Shown here: positions 21,097 through 30,925 of the stretch, piece after piece
Position numbering within the stretch: position 1 is the first letter of the stretch
How the letters are laid out: each line of letters starts with the position of its first letter
Assembly (NCBI GenBank): GCA_043758365.1
Contig: JAYVNQ010000229.1
Coordinates: 339-64,338, forward strand
Reading direction: 5' to 3'
Length of the DNA: 64,000 nucleotides
Source: Chitinophagales bacterium
GTDB taxonomy: Bacteria; Bacteroidota; Bacteroidia; Chitinophagales; Chitinophagaceae
Translations under genes and position numbers: made by a program
The notes under the pieces: generated by a model
The model's database searches: none
Told to the model about the DNA's origin: nothing
The model's input: only the letters and a program-made list of their open reading frames with translations

Positions 21097-21555
21097 TTAA
21101 CGCCTCACTTTTCCCTTATTCTGGTTTACTTCGTCTAAAGAGTGAGAGGTATAAAGATCATTATCATTTTCGGCTAAATCAGATATTTTAAGATAAAAAT
21201 CCTTCAACCTTTCAAGTTCTTTCTCGGTCAAATCTTCAATGTCAACTAATCTGTTACTGGCATGTTCACTACTGGCAATAAGTTCATTCAATTTTAAATG
21301 AACAGCCAACGTGTCTTTATTTTGTGCTTGCTGAATGAGGAAAACCATTAAAAAAGTTACGACAGTTGTACCGGTATTTATTACCAATTGCCAAGTATCG
21401 GAATAATGAAAAATTGGCCCTGTAATACCCCAAACAATAATTACTAATAAGGCTATTATAAATGCAGATGGGCTACCTGTTAGCTTTGTGATTTTTGTAG
21501 AAAAGGCATCAAAAATATCCCCTAAGCCTTTTTTATTTTTTTTATTTTTTTTCAT
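21097..21555 (-). CDS. Low-affinity iron permease (Fet4-like) family protein
   Basis: [24 protein letters not shown]...QNKD...LKLNELI signature. Confidence 0.9.
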   Translation of the reverse strand: MKKNKKNKKGLGDIFDAFSTKITKLTGSPSAFIIALLVIIVWGITGPIFHYSDTWQLVINTGTTVVTFLMVFLIQQAQNKDTLAVHLKLNELIASSEHASNRLVDIEDLTEKELERLKDFYLKISDLAENDNDLYTSHSLDEVNQNKGKVRR

Positions 21556-21667
21556 TTTTTGCTTGTTTTAACGGTCCAATTATATTTAAACAAATCGTTT
21601 ATTTTTTATGATAAATACTTAAAAAATTTCGACTGATGGCTTATTTGTATTATAAAATCATACCATT

Positions 21668-21699
21668 AAAAAAGCCTTATAACACGGGGTTACAAGGCT
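21668..21699 (-). terminator. Intrinsic terminator after the tonB-like gene
   Basis: AGCCTTGTAAC-loop-GTTATAAGGCT followed by a T-run on the minus strand. Confidence 0.65.
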
Positions 21700-21737
21700 A
21701 AATCAAAAAAAACCAACTACTGAAAACCTATTTTTTT

Positions 21738-22370
21738 TTAATTTTTTTTAAATGTTATTGGTAAGGTAAAACGTGTTTTTACATTTTGGCCTTTAATAGT
21801 GCCGGGATTCCATTTTGGCATTTTACTTATCACTTTAGCTGCAGCTTCATCTAAGCCAAAACCAACTTTTTCTCCTTTTGTCATTGGTGTATAAACTTTG
21901 CCATTCTCATCTACTGCAAATACCACATCCACAGTTCCTTCTACACCTTCATTCAATGCATCCTCAGGATACACAATGTTGTTTTCTACAAATTTTTCTA
22001 ACGCTTTTTGACCGCCTGGGTAACTCGGCAATTCATCTACACGATTGTAATAACCGTCTTTACCCATTTCCATTTGCGTGTTATCCATTTTGTCCATTGC
22101 TATACTCATATTTGAAACACCACCCTTGCCCTTACCGCCTTTTTTTGCGGGGTTTGGCTTTGCCATGCTTACCATTTTGGCAGTTACGGTTTTAGTTAAA
22201 ACAGAGCTATCTATTTTAACAATGGCACTATCTACTTTGCCGTTGCTACTTTCTATTGCCATCGTATCGGTGGTAACGGTTGTTACAACTTCTTTTGTTT
22301 TAGTCTCGTTGCTTGTACAAGAGGTTGCGACGCAACAATGCTTGATAGTACCACCAAAACTGGTTATCAA
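21738..22370 (-). CDS. Energy transducer TonB C-terminal domain protein, apparently 5'-truncated by repeat copy C
   Basis: PSYPGG..L..F...NIVYPEDA...GVEGTV.V.FAVDENG...MPKWNPG...LPITF. The first ~18 codons lie inside the repeat; TTG start and no hydrophobic signal or TM. Confidence 0.8.
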   Translation of the reverse strand: MITSFGGTIKHCCVATSCTSNETKTKEVVTTVTTDTMAIESSNGKVDSAIVKIDSSVLTKTVTAKMVSMAKPNPAKKGGKGKGGVSNMSIAMDKMDNTQMEMGKDGYYNRVDELPSYPGGQKALEKFVENNIVYPEDALNEGVEGTVDVVFAVDENGKVYTPMTKGEKVGFGLDEAAAKVISKMPKWNPGTIKGQNVKTRFTLPITFKKN

Positions 22371-22378
22371 AAAAATCT
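22314..22378 (+). repeat. Dispersed structured repeat, copy C
   Basis: TGTACAAGAGGTTGCGACGCAACAATGCTTGATAGTACCACCAAAACTGGTTATCAAAAAAATCT; its right end overlaps the TAG stop of the DUF983 gene. Confidence 0.85.
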
Positions 22379-22835
22379 ACCAATTGTTCATATGCTCCTT
22401 TACGACACGTTCGAATTTTTCAGGTTTGGTATCTTTCCAATTGGCATCGTATTTTACAAACCAACTGAGCCATAAACTTCGTGATAATCGCATGAATAAC
22501 GGCTGCATGGCAAGCATTAAAAACGAGTTGATACCTAACCACCAAAATAATCGATTATCATCGATAGAAACGCCGATAACCACCCACCACGCCACAAAAG
22601 TTGCCACTGAAAAAGCCACGGTTAAAGCATAACTAACGTAGGCCGTGCCATAATAAAAACCAACTTCTATTTCGGTGAGTTGCCCGCAAGTTGGGCAATG
22701 CTCGTTCATTTTGGTGTTGTTTTTAAAGTCATAAGCGTTTTTGGTAATAAACAAATAACCTTGCCTACAACGGGGACATTTATTTTGTAAAACGCTTAAA
22801 ATATAGTTTGGAATATTTTTCGTTTGTGTGAGCAT
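22377..22835 (-). CDS. DUF983 domain membrane protein
   Basis: KCPRCRQG.LF, CPTCG and E.GFYYGTAYVSYAL, plus two TMs; start taken as ATG 22835. Confidence 0.85.
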   Translation of the reverse strand: MLTQTKNIPNYILSVLQNKCPRCRQGYLFITKNAYDFKNNTKMNEHCPTCGQLTEIEVGFYYGTAYVSYALTVAFSVATFVAWWVVIGVSIDDNRLFWWLGINSFLMLAMQPLFMRLSRSLWLSWFVKYDANWKDTKPEKFERVVKEHMNNW

Positions 22836-22906
22836 ATTTGGTAAATTAAGCTGCAAGGTAGCCACAATAATTAGCCATAATTGTGAAGATTGTGGGCAGT
22901 GTTTTA

Positions 22907-24181
22907 TTAACCAATAATTTTTTCCATAGCCATACTTCTAGAGCCTTTTACTAAAAAATAGGTATTGGTAAATGCTTGTTTGGCGAACCAAGCTTTTGCT
23001 TGTAACGATGTTGAAAAATAAGTGAACGGCTGTTTTATTTCGCCAAAATCGCCACCAACAAGCACCACGTGTTGCCATTGGTATTGTTGTATTAAATTAA
23101 TGATGGCTTTATGTTCTGCAAGGCTATCATCGCCAAGTTCCATCATGCCACCAAGCATTAATATTTTTTGGGTTGAGGGAAATTTTGCAAAGTTTTCAAT
23201 GGCGGCTTTCATACTGGTTGGGTTAGCATTGTAGGCATCTAAAATAATGTGATTGCCATCTTTTTCAAGCATTTGAGAACGGCTGTTGCTGGGTACATAA
23301 TCTACAATACCATTTTTTATTTTAGCTGGTGGTACATTAAAAAACTTTCCCACTGCTATTGCACATAATACATTTGGCAAATTATAATCGCCTACCAATT
23401 GCGTAGCTAAATTTCGTTGAATACCTTTTGTAGCCAATACATCTAAGTACGGTTCACTGTTTAAAACTTTGCCTATTATATCTCCTTCTAAAGTGCCATA
23501 GCTGTAAATATTTGTGATGCCTTTACTCATTTTTTTTAAGTAATCATAGTCGTTAAAAATAAATGCAGTTCCGTTATTTGTACGTAAAAAATCAAACAGT
23601 TCACCCTTCCCTTTTTTTACACCTTCCACACCACCAAAACCTTCTAAATGTGCTTTGCCACAATTGGTTATAATGCCGTGTGTTGGTAAGGTATAGCTAC
23701 AATAGCTTTCTATTTCTTTTTGATGGTTTGCACCCATTTCAATCACGGCCATTTGAGCATCTTCTTTAATGTTTAAAATGGTTAATGGCACACCAATATG
23801 ATTGTTGAGATTACCTTGTGTTGTGTAGGTTTTATATTGGGTAGCAAGTACGCTGCTAACTAACTCTTTAGTAGTTGTTTTTCCATTGCTACCCGTGATG
23901 GCAATAAATGGAATATTGAATTGCTGACGATGATATTCTGCCAATGCCTGCAAGGTTTCTAAAGTATTATCGACTAATAGTAATTGCTCGTTTTTAGTTT
24001 CTATTGGCTCATCAATAACTGCAAAACAAGCGCCCATTTCTAGAGCTTTTTCAGCAAATGAATTTCCATTAAAGTTAGGTCCCTTTAAAGCAAAATAAAT
24101 ATCACCTTTTCGTAGTTTTCTGGTATCAGTTTGTATAGATGGGTATTGTAAGAATAGTTTGTATAATTGCTCAATGGTCAT
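22907..24181 (-). CDS. murF: UDP-N-acetylmuramoyl-tripeptide--D-Ala-D-Ala ligase
   Basis: ITGSNGKTTTKE, GNLNNHIGVPLT, DAYNANPTSM and LVKGSR motifs. Confidence 0.96.
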   Translation of the reverse strand: MTIEQLYKLFLQYPSIQTDTRKLRKGDIYFALKGPNFNGNSFAEKALEMGACFAVIDEPIETKNEQLLLVDNTLETLQALAEYHRQQFNIPFIAITGSNGKTTTKELVSSVLATQYKTYTTQGNLNNHIGVPLTILNIKEDAQMAVIEMGANHQKEIESYCSYTLPTHGIITNCGKAHLEGFGGVEGVKKGKGELFDFLRTNNGTAFIFNDYDYLKKMSKGITNIYSYGTLEGDIIGKVLNSEPYLDVLATKGIQRNLATQLVGDYNLPNVLCAIAVGKFFNVPPAKIKNGIVDYVPSNSRSQMLEKDGNHIILDAYNANPTSMKAAIENFAKFPSTQKILMLGGMMELGDDSLAEHKAIINLIQQYQWQHVVLVGGDFGEIKQPFTYFSTSLQAKAWFAKQAFTNTYFLVKGSRSMAMEKIIG

Positions 24182-24284
24182 AACTATAAATCAATTTTTG
24201 TAGTATTTTTTATGTAATTATTGGCGTTAAAGCGATTTATTAAATACGATACAAAGTAAAGTATTGGGTTAATTAAAGTGCTAT

Positions 24285-24317
24285 AAAAAAACCACCCAAA
24301 TTTAATTGAGTGGCTTT
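24285..24317 (-). terminator. Intrinsic terminator after gldJ
   Basis: AGCCACTCAA-loop-TTGGGTGGTT followed by a T-run on the minus strand. Confidence 0.65.
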
Positions 24318-24360
24318 CTTCTTCTCGGTAATTCGAGATTACGCTGTATTTACCTAAACC

Positions 24361-25920
24361 TTATCTTCTCGATTTTCGTTGTGGAAAACTATTACCTGTT
24401 TTAGTTTTAGCTTTAGTGTTTTCAGGTGCGCCAAAATGATCCATGGCACAACGGAAACCAATGGTACTGCTGCTTTGATCTTCTTCTAAAAAGCGACGAG
24501 TACCTGGACTTAACCAATAAGGTCTATCATTCCAGCTACCACCTTTAATTACTCTCGATTTATCAGATATCAAAGTAGTAACGCCATAACCATAATTTAC
24601 ACCACTAATGCTATCGCCATCTAAATAATTAATTGCCACTGCTTTTTGGTAGTTACGGCGGTTTTGTAATGCTGAATCAGATTCTAAAACCATTTTAATT
24701 CTACCCAAGCTATCTCTCATATTACCTTCACCCCCACTTTTATCAACCTTCATAAATTTATTGCCACGTACTGGGTTAAAATCGCTTGCTTCAAGGCTAG
24801 TTAATGGTCTGTAAATATCAAATACCCACTCACTAACATTACCACTCATATTGTAAATACCATACGCATTTGGAACAAAGGAATTAACATCGCCAGGAAT
24901 TGCAGCATTATCGTTCAAGCCACCTGCAACACCCATATTATCACCACTACCACGCTTAAAGTTTGCTAAAAAAGCACCTTGGTAACCACCCGGTCTTGTA
25001 GAACGCAGATTATCAAAACCATCATTTTTCCAAGCGTAGATTTGCTTATTTGCAACTACTTCTTCACCTCGTTTTTTTGCGCTTGGTTTTTTCTGTGGAT
25101 TTTCTTGTATGTAGCCATAAGCTGCATATTCCCACTCAGCTTCACTTGGCAAACGATAGTTGCCAAACAAAACACCATCTTCAAATTTTACGGTAGTTCT
25201 TGGTCTTCCTTGTGCATCTTTTAAAGGATTACTTTTTGATGTAGCAAATTTACCAGGCTGTGCCTGATACTCACCCATCATATAAGCTTTGGTATTAAAA
25301 TTTTCTTGACCACCACCGTTCATTTCAGTTTTAATGGTATTCGGATTGATGTATTCTTTCCCTTTTTTCATTAATTCCAACTCGTTTACACGGTCAGTAC
25401 GCCAAATACAATAATCAGTTGCTTGTTTCCAAGTTACACCAACTACGGGGTAATAATTATAACTCGGGTGACGGAAATAATATTCAACATAAGGTTCGTT
25501 ATAAGCCAACTCACTTCTCCAAACAAGTGTATCGGGTTGTGCCCCTTCAATTACTTTTTTATACTGGTCATCGCTAAAAACGTTTTCTAACCAATATAAA
25601 TATTCGCGATAGTGAACATTAGCAACTTCGGTACGATCAATAAAAAATGAATTTACTGTAATACGTTTTGGAATATTATTCCATTCCGCCATTACATCTT
25701 CCTGTGTTGAACCCATAGTAAACGTACCACCTTGTACAAATACAAGCCCTGGTGCTGTTTTTATGTCTTTAGGCTTTGCAACAGAAAAGCTACCCTGCTT
25801 TTTGTCATTGTAATTCCAACCTGTTGCGGCCGATTTTTCCATTGGTTTTTTACATGATGCAATGGCACCAATTGTTGCAGCCAATAAAACACAATTTCTT
25901 ACTCCTGTTAGCGTTTGCAT
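24361..25920 (-). CDS. gldJ: Gliding motility lipoprotein GldJ (FGE-sulfatase fold)
   Basis: Lipobox IASC; ATGWNYND, YRLPSEAEWEYAA, NMSGNVSEW and KGGSW...IGFRCA; divergent from porU and upstream of murF, the conserved Bacteroidota arrangement. Confidence 0.9.
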   Translation of the reverse strand: MQTLTGVRNCVLLAATIGAIASCKKPMEKSAATGWNYNDKKQGSFSVAKPKDIKTAPGLVFVQGGTFTMGSTQEDVMAEWNNIPKRITVNSFFIDRTEVANVHYREYLYWLENVFSDDQYKKVIEGAQPDTLVWRSELAYNEPYVEYYFRHPSYNYYPVVGVTWKQATDYCIWRTDRVNELELMKKGKEYINPNTIKTEMNGGGQENFNTKAYMMGEYQAQPGKFATSKSNPLKDAQGRPRTTVKFEDGVLFGNYRLPSEAEWEYAAYGYIQENPQKKPSAKKRGEEVVANKQIYAWKNDGFDNLRSTRPGGYQGAFLANFKRGSGDNMGVAGGLNDNAAIPGDVNSFVPNAYGIYNMSGNVSEWVFDIYRPLTSLEASDFNPVRGNKFMKVDKSGGEGNMRDSLGRIKMVLESDSALQNRRNYQKAVAINYLDGDSISGVNYGYGVTTLISDKSRVIKGGSWNDRPYWLSPGTRRFLEEDQSSSTIGFRCAMDHFGAPENTKAKTKTGNSFPQRKSRR

Positions 25921-26103
25921 GAGTGATGATTTAAGATTCTGTACAATAAAAATTTAGGGTAGAATTATATGTTCATTGCGAATATAGTAGATTTTACATG
26001 AACCCAAAATTTCGGGCGCATGATTAGATTGTTATCAAAACCTTAATTTTAAGTTTATTAAAATTGTTTTCACAAACTAACAAGCAAATTGCAATTAGTA
26101 AAA

Positions 26104-29100
26104 ATGCCTACCAAATTTTATTTTTTATTGATGGTTGCTTTTTGTTTTTCTGCAAACAAATTGATGGCACAACGAAAATATGTTGCCAACTCCGTTTTGG
26201 CAAATGGCAATTTTATAAAATTAGGAATTGTACAAGAAGGGATTTATAAAATAGATGTTGCCTTTTTAAATAATGCAGGCTTGGGTGTTTCCAATATTTC
26301 TTCAACAGCAATTAGGCTATATGGTAATGGCGGTGCCATGTTGGAGGAAAAAAACAATCTGCCGTATGTTGATGATATATCTGAAAATGATATTCAAGTG
26401 GTTGATGGCGGGGATGGCATTTTTAATAATAATGATTACCTCCTTTTTTATGCTCAAGGGCCACAACGTTGGCTGAAAGACAGTGCCAACCAACGTTTTA
26501 GCCACCAAAAAAATTTATATAGCGATACAGCTTATTATTTTATAACTGTTGGTGGTTTGGGCAAACGCATCAATACAAAAGCAATAACCGCAACTCCAAA
26601 CCAAGCCGTAACCTCTTATAACGACCATTATTTTTTCGAGAATGATTTAATCAATTTTTTAAATAGCGGTAAAGAATGGTATGGCGAAGAATTTAGCAAT
26701 TTAAACACCAACAATTTATCACGAAATTTTACGGTTGATTTGAATGGATTGGTTGTTACAGAGCCAATTACGTTGTCATCAAATTTTGCTGGACGAAGCG
26801 TTTTAACCACCAGTAATTTAGCCATAAAAGCCAATAATAATTTACTAACCACGTTAACTATCCCGGCTAATTCAGGTAATTTTTTAGATGTTTTCGCTGC
26901 TAGTGTTTCATCGCAAAATAATTTTTTCTCAGCACAGCCATTGCTTGCCTTAAACGTTACTTTTAATCCCTTACAATCATCAGCACAAACTTGGTTAAAT
27001 TGGTTTGAAGTACAAAGTAGAAGAGCATTGGTTGTACCAACAAATGGGCAATTATTATTTAGAGATTGGCGAAGTATTGGTGCAAATAATATTGCTGAAT
27101 TTACAATTAGTAACTCTATACCCACAACAGAAATTTGGGAAATTACAAACCCTTTTCAGCCAGAAAAAATCACTTCAAATTTTGCCATAAACCAAACTAA
27201 ATTCATTAATGATGCTAGCCGTTTACGAGAATATATTTCATTTGATAATACCAAGCTTTTAACACCAATTCCTTTTGGTAAAATTGATAATCAAAACCTA
27301 CATAATTCTTCTTCCGTTGATTATTTAATTATCACTAATCCTTTGTATTTAGGTGAGGCAAAACGCTTGGCTTTATTTCATACACAACAAAATAATTATA
27401 AAGTGTTTGTGGCTACAACTACGCAAATTTTTAATGAGTTTTCAAGTGGTAATCCCGATCCAACCTCACTACGCGATTTTGTTAAAATGTACTACGATAA
27501 AGCTGGTACAGATACTACTAAAAGACCTAAGTATTTATTGCTATTTGGCAGTGCTTCATTCGACTATAAAAATCGTGTTTCTGGCAATACCAATTTAGTG
27601 CCTTGTTACGAAAATAAAAATGCCTTAGATGCTTTAGCGACCTACACTTCAGACGATTTTTTTGGATTGCTGGATGATGCCGACGATATTGATAATACCA
27701 TCAATGTAAGTCTGTTAGATATTGGTATTGGTAGAATACCAGCTACCAATATTTCAGATGCCAAAACAATGGTTGATAAAATAGTAAATTATTATAGTAA
27801 AAATGCGTTTGGGGCATGGCGAAATATGGTAACTTTTGTAGCAGATGATAGAGATAATAATACACACTTAAATGACGCAGAATTTATATCAAACAATGCC
27901 ACTGTTACCGATGCGAATATTAACCAAAATAAAATTTATTTAGATGCTTATCCATTGGTTAGTAGCAGTGGCGGTACTCGCTATCCTGATGTAAATACGG
28001 CCATTATTAATCAACTATTTAATGGTACCTTATTGTTCAATTACACGGGGCATGGTGGCTACCAACGTTTGGCCGATGAAGCAGTGATTGATCAAGACGT
28101 TTTGAATAAAATTTCTAACCAAAATAAGCTACCATTATTCATAACTGCTACCTGCGATTTTGCCCCGTACGACGACCCAACTAAAACTGCCATTGGTAGC
28201 CAATTATTAACCCAAAATAGTAATGGTGCCATTGCCTTAATGACTACGACAAGAATTGTTTTTGCATTCAGCAATCGTATCATCAATAACAACTACCTAA
28301 ACATTGCTTTACGGTCCAATGCAACAGGCAAATATTTAACGCTAGGCGATGCCGTAAAACTTGCCAAAAACTACACTTATCAAACATTTCCTGATATTAC
28401 TAATAATAGAAAATTTACTTTACTTGGCGATCCTGCAATGAAGTTGGCTTTTCCAGAAAATAAGTTACAACTAACGGCTATAAATAATCAAAATTTATCT
28501 GGTACCGATACTTTAAAAGCATTAAATAAATATATTTTTTCTGGTAAGGTCACCGATGCTGTAGGGAATGCGTTGAACAACTTTAATGGTACGCTGAATG
28601 CAATAGTTTTTGATAAACCGCAAATCATTACTACAAAAGGAAACGACCCTGCAAGTCCCATCACAACGTTTAATCAGCAAACTAATTTTTTGTATAAGGG
28701 CAAGGCAACTATAAGCAATGGAAATTTTAATTTCTCGCTTATTGTGCCAAAAGATATTAACTACCAATTTGGCAAAGCAAAATTGAGTTTATATGCCGAT
28801 GATGGTAGTAAAGATGCAGCTGGCTATAACACTAATTTTTATGTTGGTGGCAGTAGCAACAATATTGTTACCGATAAAATTGGTCCAACAATTAAGGGCT
28901 ATTTAAACGATGAGAAATTTATAAATGGTGGGCTTACAAACGACAACCCCATTTTGATAGTTAAATTGATAGACTCGTCTGGCATAAATACGCTTGGCAC
29001 GGGTATTGGCCACGATATAACTGCTATTTTAGATGGTAATGACAAGGCGATTATTAAATTGAATGATTATTACGAAGCAGCTTTAGATAATTTTCAACAA

Positions 29101-29532
29101 GGCCAAGTACGGTATCAATTAGCAACCCTATCTGAAGGTTTACATACTTTAAAGATAAAAGCTTGGGATGTGTTTAATAACTCAACAGAAATACTGATTG
29201 AGTTTACAGTTTTTAAAAAGCAGCAATTACAAATAAGCCATGTTTATAACTACCCAAATCCATTTACAAGTAAAACTACTTTTTGGTTTGAGCATAATCA
29301 ACCAGGCGAGAATTTAAATGTGCTTATTAATATTTTTAGTGTTACCGGCAAACTAGTGCATCAAATAAAACGTATCATTAATAACGTTGGAAATAGAAGT
29401 GCCGAAATAGATTGGGACGGAAAAGATTTGTATGGCAGCGAAAAACTAGGTCGGGGTGTCTATATCTATCGTATTATTGTAACATCAAATAATGGTAAGG
29501 CTGAAGCCACCCAAAAATTATATCTACTCTAA
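26104..29532 (+). CDS. porU: Type IX secretion system sortase PorU
   Basis: C25 gingipain-like domain with NYTGHGG (His) and ITATCDF (Cys), LLGDPA, and a C-terminal CTD (NYPNPF...GVYIY); followed by porV. Confidence 0.93.
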   Translation: MPTKFYFLLMVAFCFSANKLMAQRKYVANSVLANGNFIKLGIVQEGIYKIDVAFLNNAGLGVSNISSTAIRLYGNGGAMLEEKNNLPYVDDISENDIQVVDGGDGIFNNNDYLLFYAQGPQRWLKDSANQRFSHQKNLYSDTAYYFITVGGLGKRINTKAITATPNQAVTSYNDHYFFENDLINFLNSGKEWYGEEFSNLNTNNLSRNFTVDLNGLVVTEPITLSSNFAGRSVLTTSNLAIKANNNLLTTLTIPANSGNFLDVFAASVSSQNNFFSAQPLLALNVTFNPLQSSAQTWLNWFEVQSRRALVVPTNGQLLFRDWRSIGANNIAEFTISNSIPTTEIWEITNPFQPEKITSNFAINQTKFINDASRLREYISFDNTKLLTPIPFGKIDNQNLHNSSSVDYLIITNPLYLGEAKRLALFHTQQNNYKVFVATTTQIFNEFSSGNPDPTSLRDFVKMYYDKAGTDTTKRPKYLLLFGSASFDYKNRVSGNTNLVPCYENKNALDALATYTSDDFFGLLDDADDIDNTINVSLLDIGIGRIPATNISDAKTMVDKIVNYYSKNAFGAWRNMVTFVADDRDNNTHLNDAEFISNNATVTDANINQNKIYLDAYPLVSSSGGTRYPDVNTAIINQLFNGTLLFNYTGHGGYQRLADEAVIDQDVLNKISNQNKLPLFITATCDFAPYDDPTKTAIGSQLLTQNSNGAIALMTTTRIVFAFSNRIINNNYLNIALRSNATGKYLTLGDAVKLAKNYTYQTFPDITNNRKFTLLGDPAMKLAFPENKLQLTAINNQNLSGTDTLKALNKYIFSGKVTDAVGNALNNFNGTLNAIVFDKPQIITTKGNDPASPITTFNQQTNFLYKGKATISNGNFNFSLIVPKDINYQFGKAKLSLYADDGSKDAAGYNTNFYVGGSSNNIVTDKIGPTIKGYLNDEKFINGGLTNDNPILIVKLIDSSGINTLGTGIGHDITAILDGNDKAIIKLNDYYEAALDNFQQGQVRYQLATLSEGLHTLKIKAWDVFNNSTEILIEFTVFKKQQLQISHVYNYPNPFTSKTTFWFEHNQPGENLNVLINIFSVTGKLVHQIKRIINNVGNRSAEIDWDGKDLYGSEKLGRGVYIYRIIVTSNNGKAEATQKLYLL

Positions 29533-29636
29533 AAAGTATTAATGGTTTAAATCTCTACACTTTAATTACAGGAATGGTTTTTTTATAAACTGTAATAATT
29601 TCCATTTATTTGCTAACTTAAATTTTAAAGACTTAG

Positions 29637-30800
29637 ATGAAACGATCATCCCTAAATCAACTGTTGGTTATATTATTTGTTACATGTGTAGGTTTGGGCG
29701 CATCTGCCCAAACTAGTGATCTAAACGTTGTAACTTCTGCTGTTCCGTTTTTACGTATTTCGCCAGATGCAAGAGCTGGTGGTATGGGCGATGTTGGTAT
29801 AGCCACTAATCCCGATGCCAACTCAGCTTATTGGAATTTGGCAAAAACACCTTTTACAAAAGCAAAATCTGGTATTAGCTTTACATACACACCTTGGTTA
29901 AAAGATTTAGGGTTAAATGATGTGTATTTGGCGACCGCAACAGGGTATTATAAACTTGATGACGAGCAAGCAATATCAGCGTCGTTGCGTTATTTTAGCC
30001 TTGGCGATATTCAGTTTACTGATTTTGCAGGTAATAACTTAAATAGTTTTCGCCCTAAAGAATTAGGCTTGGATTTTGGGTATTCAAGAAAATTGAATGA
30101 TAAATTGAGTCTTGGTGTAGCGTTAAGATACATTAGTAGCAGTTTGGCAAATGGTACGCAAGGTGGTGTTACCTACAAAACTGGTAATGCAATTGCTGGC
30201 GATATTTCATTGTACCACGATGGTAACGGTAAAGATGGCCAAGGCTTTAGCTATGGTGTTGTGCTTTCAAATCTAGGCTCAAAAATTGGCTATACAGCCG
30301 ATGCTCAAAACAAAGATTATATACCTGCAAATCTTGGTATTGGTGTTGCTTACACTACTGTTTTTGACGAGAGTAATCGTATAACTTTTGGCTTAGACTT
30401 AAATCGTTTATTAGTTCCAACACCTCCATTAGCAACTGGAAATACAAGTAGCGATTCTGCTGCATTGGCAGGCTACCGAAACAAAAGTGTTATTAGCAGC
30501 TATTTTTCATCTTTTGGTGATGCTGGTGGTTTTGGCAACGAGCTGAAAAAGTTTCAAGCTTCAATTGGTGCTGAGTATGTTTATAACGAACAATTTGCAG
30601 TTAGAGCAGGTTATTTTTACGAAGATGTAAGTCAAGGTAACCGTAAATATTTTACCGCTGGTTTAGGTTTAAAATACAATGTTATCGGTATAAATTTATC
30701 TTATTTAATACCATCGGGTCAAGGCATAACCCGGAATCCGTTATCTAACACATTGCGTTTTGGTATTAGCTTCGATTTAGATGGCGGAAAGAGCAATTAG
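29637..30800 (+). CDS. porV: Type IX secretion system outer-membrane shuttle PorV
   Basis: AVPFLRISPDARAGGMGD, YTPWL, GNRKYFT and NPLSNTLRF motifs. Confidence 0.95.
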   Translation: MKRSSLNQLLVILFVTCVGLGASAQTSDLNVVTSAVPFLRISPDARAGGMGDVGIATNPDANSAYWNLAKTPFTKAKSGISFTYTPWLKDLGLNDVYLATATGYYKLDDEQAISASLRYFSLGDIQFTDFAGNNLNSFRPKELGLDFGYSRKLNDKLSLGVALRYISSSLANGTQGGVTYKTGNAIAGDISLYHDGNGKDGQGFSYGVVLSNLGSKIGYTADAQNKDYIPANLGIGVAYTTVFDESNRITFGLDLNRLLVPTPPLATGNTSSDSAALAGYRNKSVISSYFSSFGDAGGFGNELKKFQASIGAEYVYNEQFAVRAGYFYEDVSQGNRKYFTAGLGLKYNVIGINLSYLIPSGQGITRNPLSNTLRFGISFDLDGGKSN

Positions 30801-30925
30801 CACTAAATTATAATAATAAAAAACGCTATTAGTGTTATTTTTAATTGATAAATAAGTGGAATGATTTTTAAATCAAGTATCTATATTTATATCAATTAAA
30901 ACATTAAATATTAATTATAACTATA

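Noticed and set aside
5581-22378. Repeat copies as a CRISPR array or integron attC sites
   Set aside because: The copies are kilobases apart, diverged and in mixed orientation, with no cas or intI genes and no RYYYAAC/GTTRRRY ends.
21878-22632. Plus-strand ORFs of 105 and 184 aa
   Set aside because: Antisense shadows of the tonB-like and DUF983 genes with no recognisable motifs.
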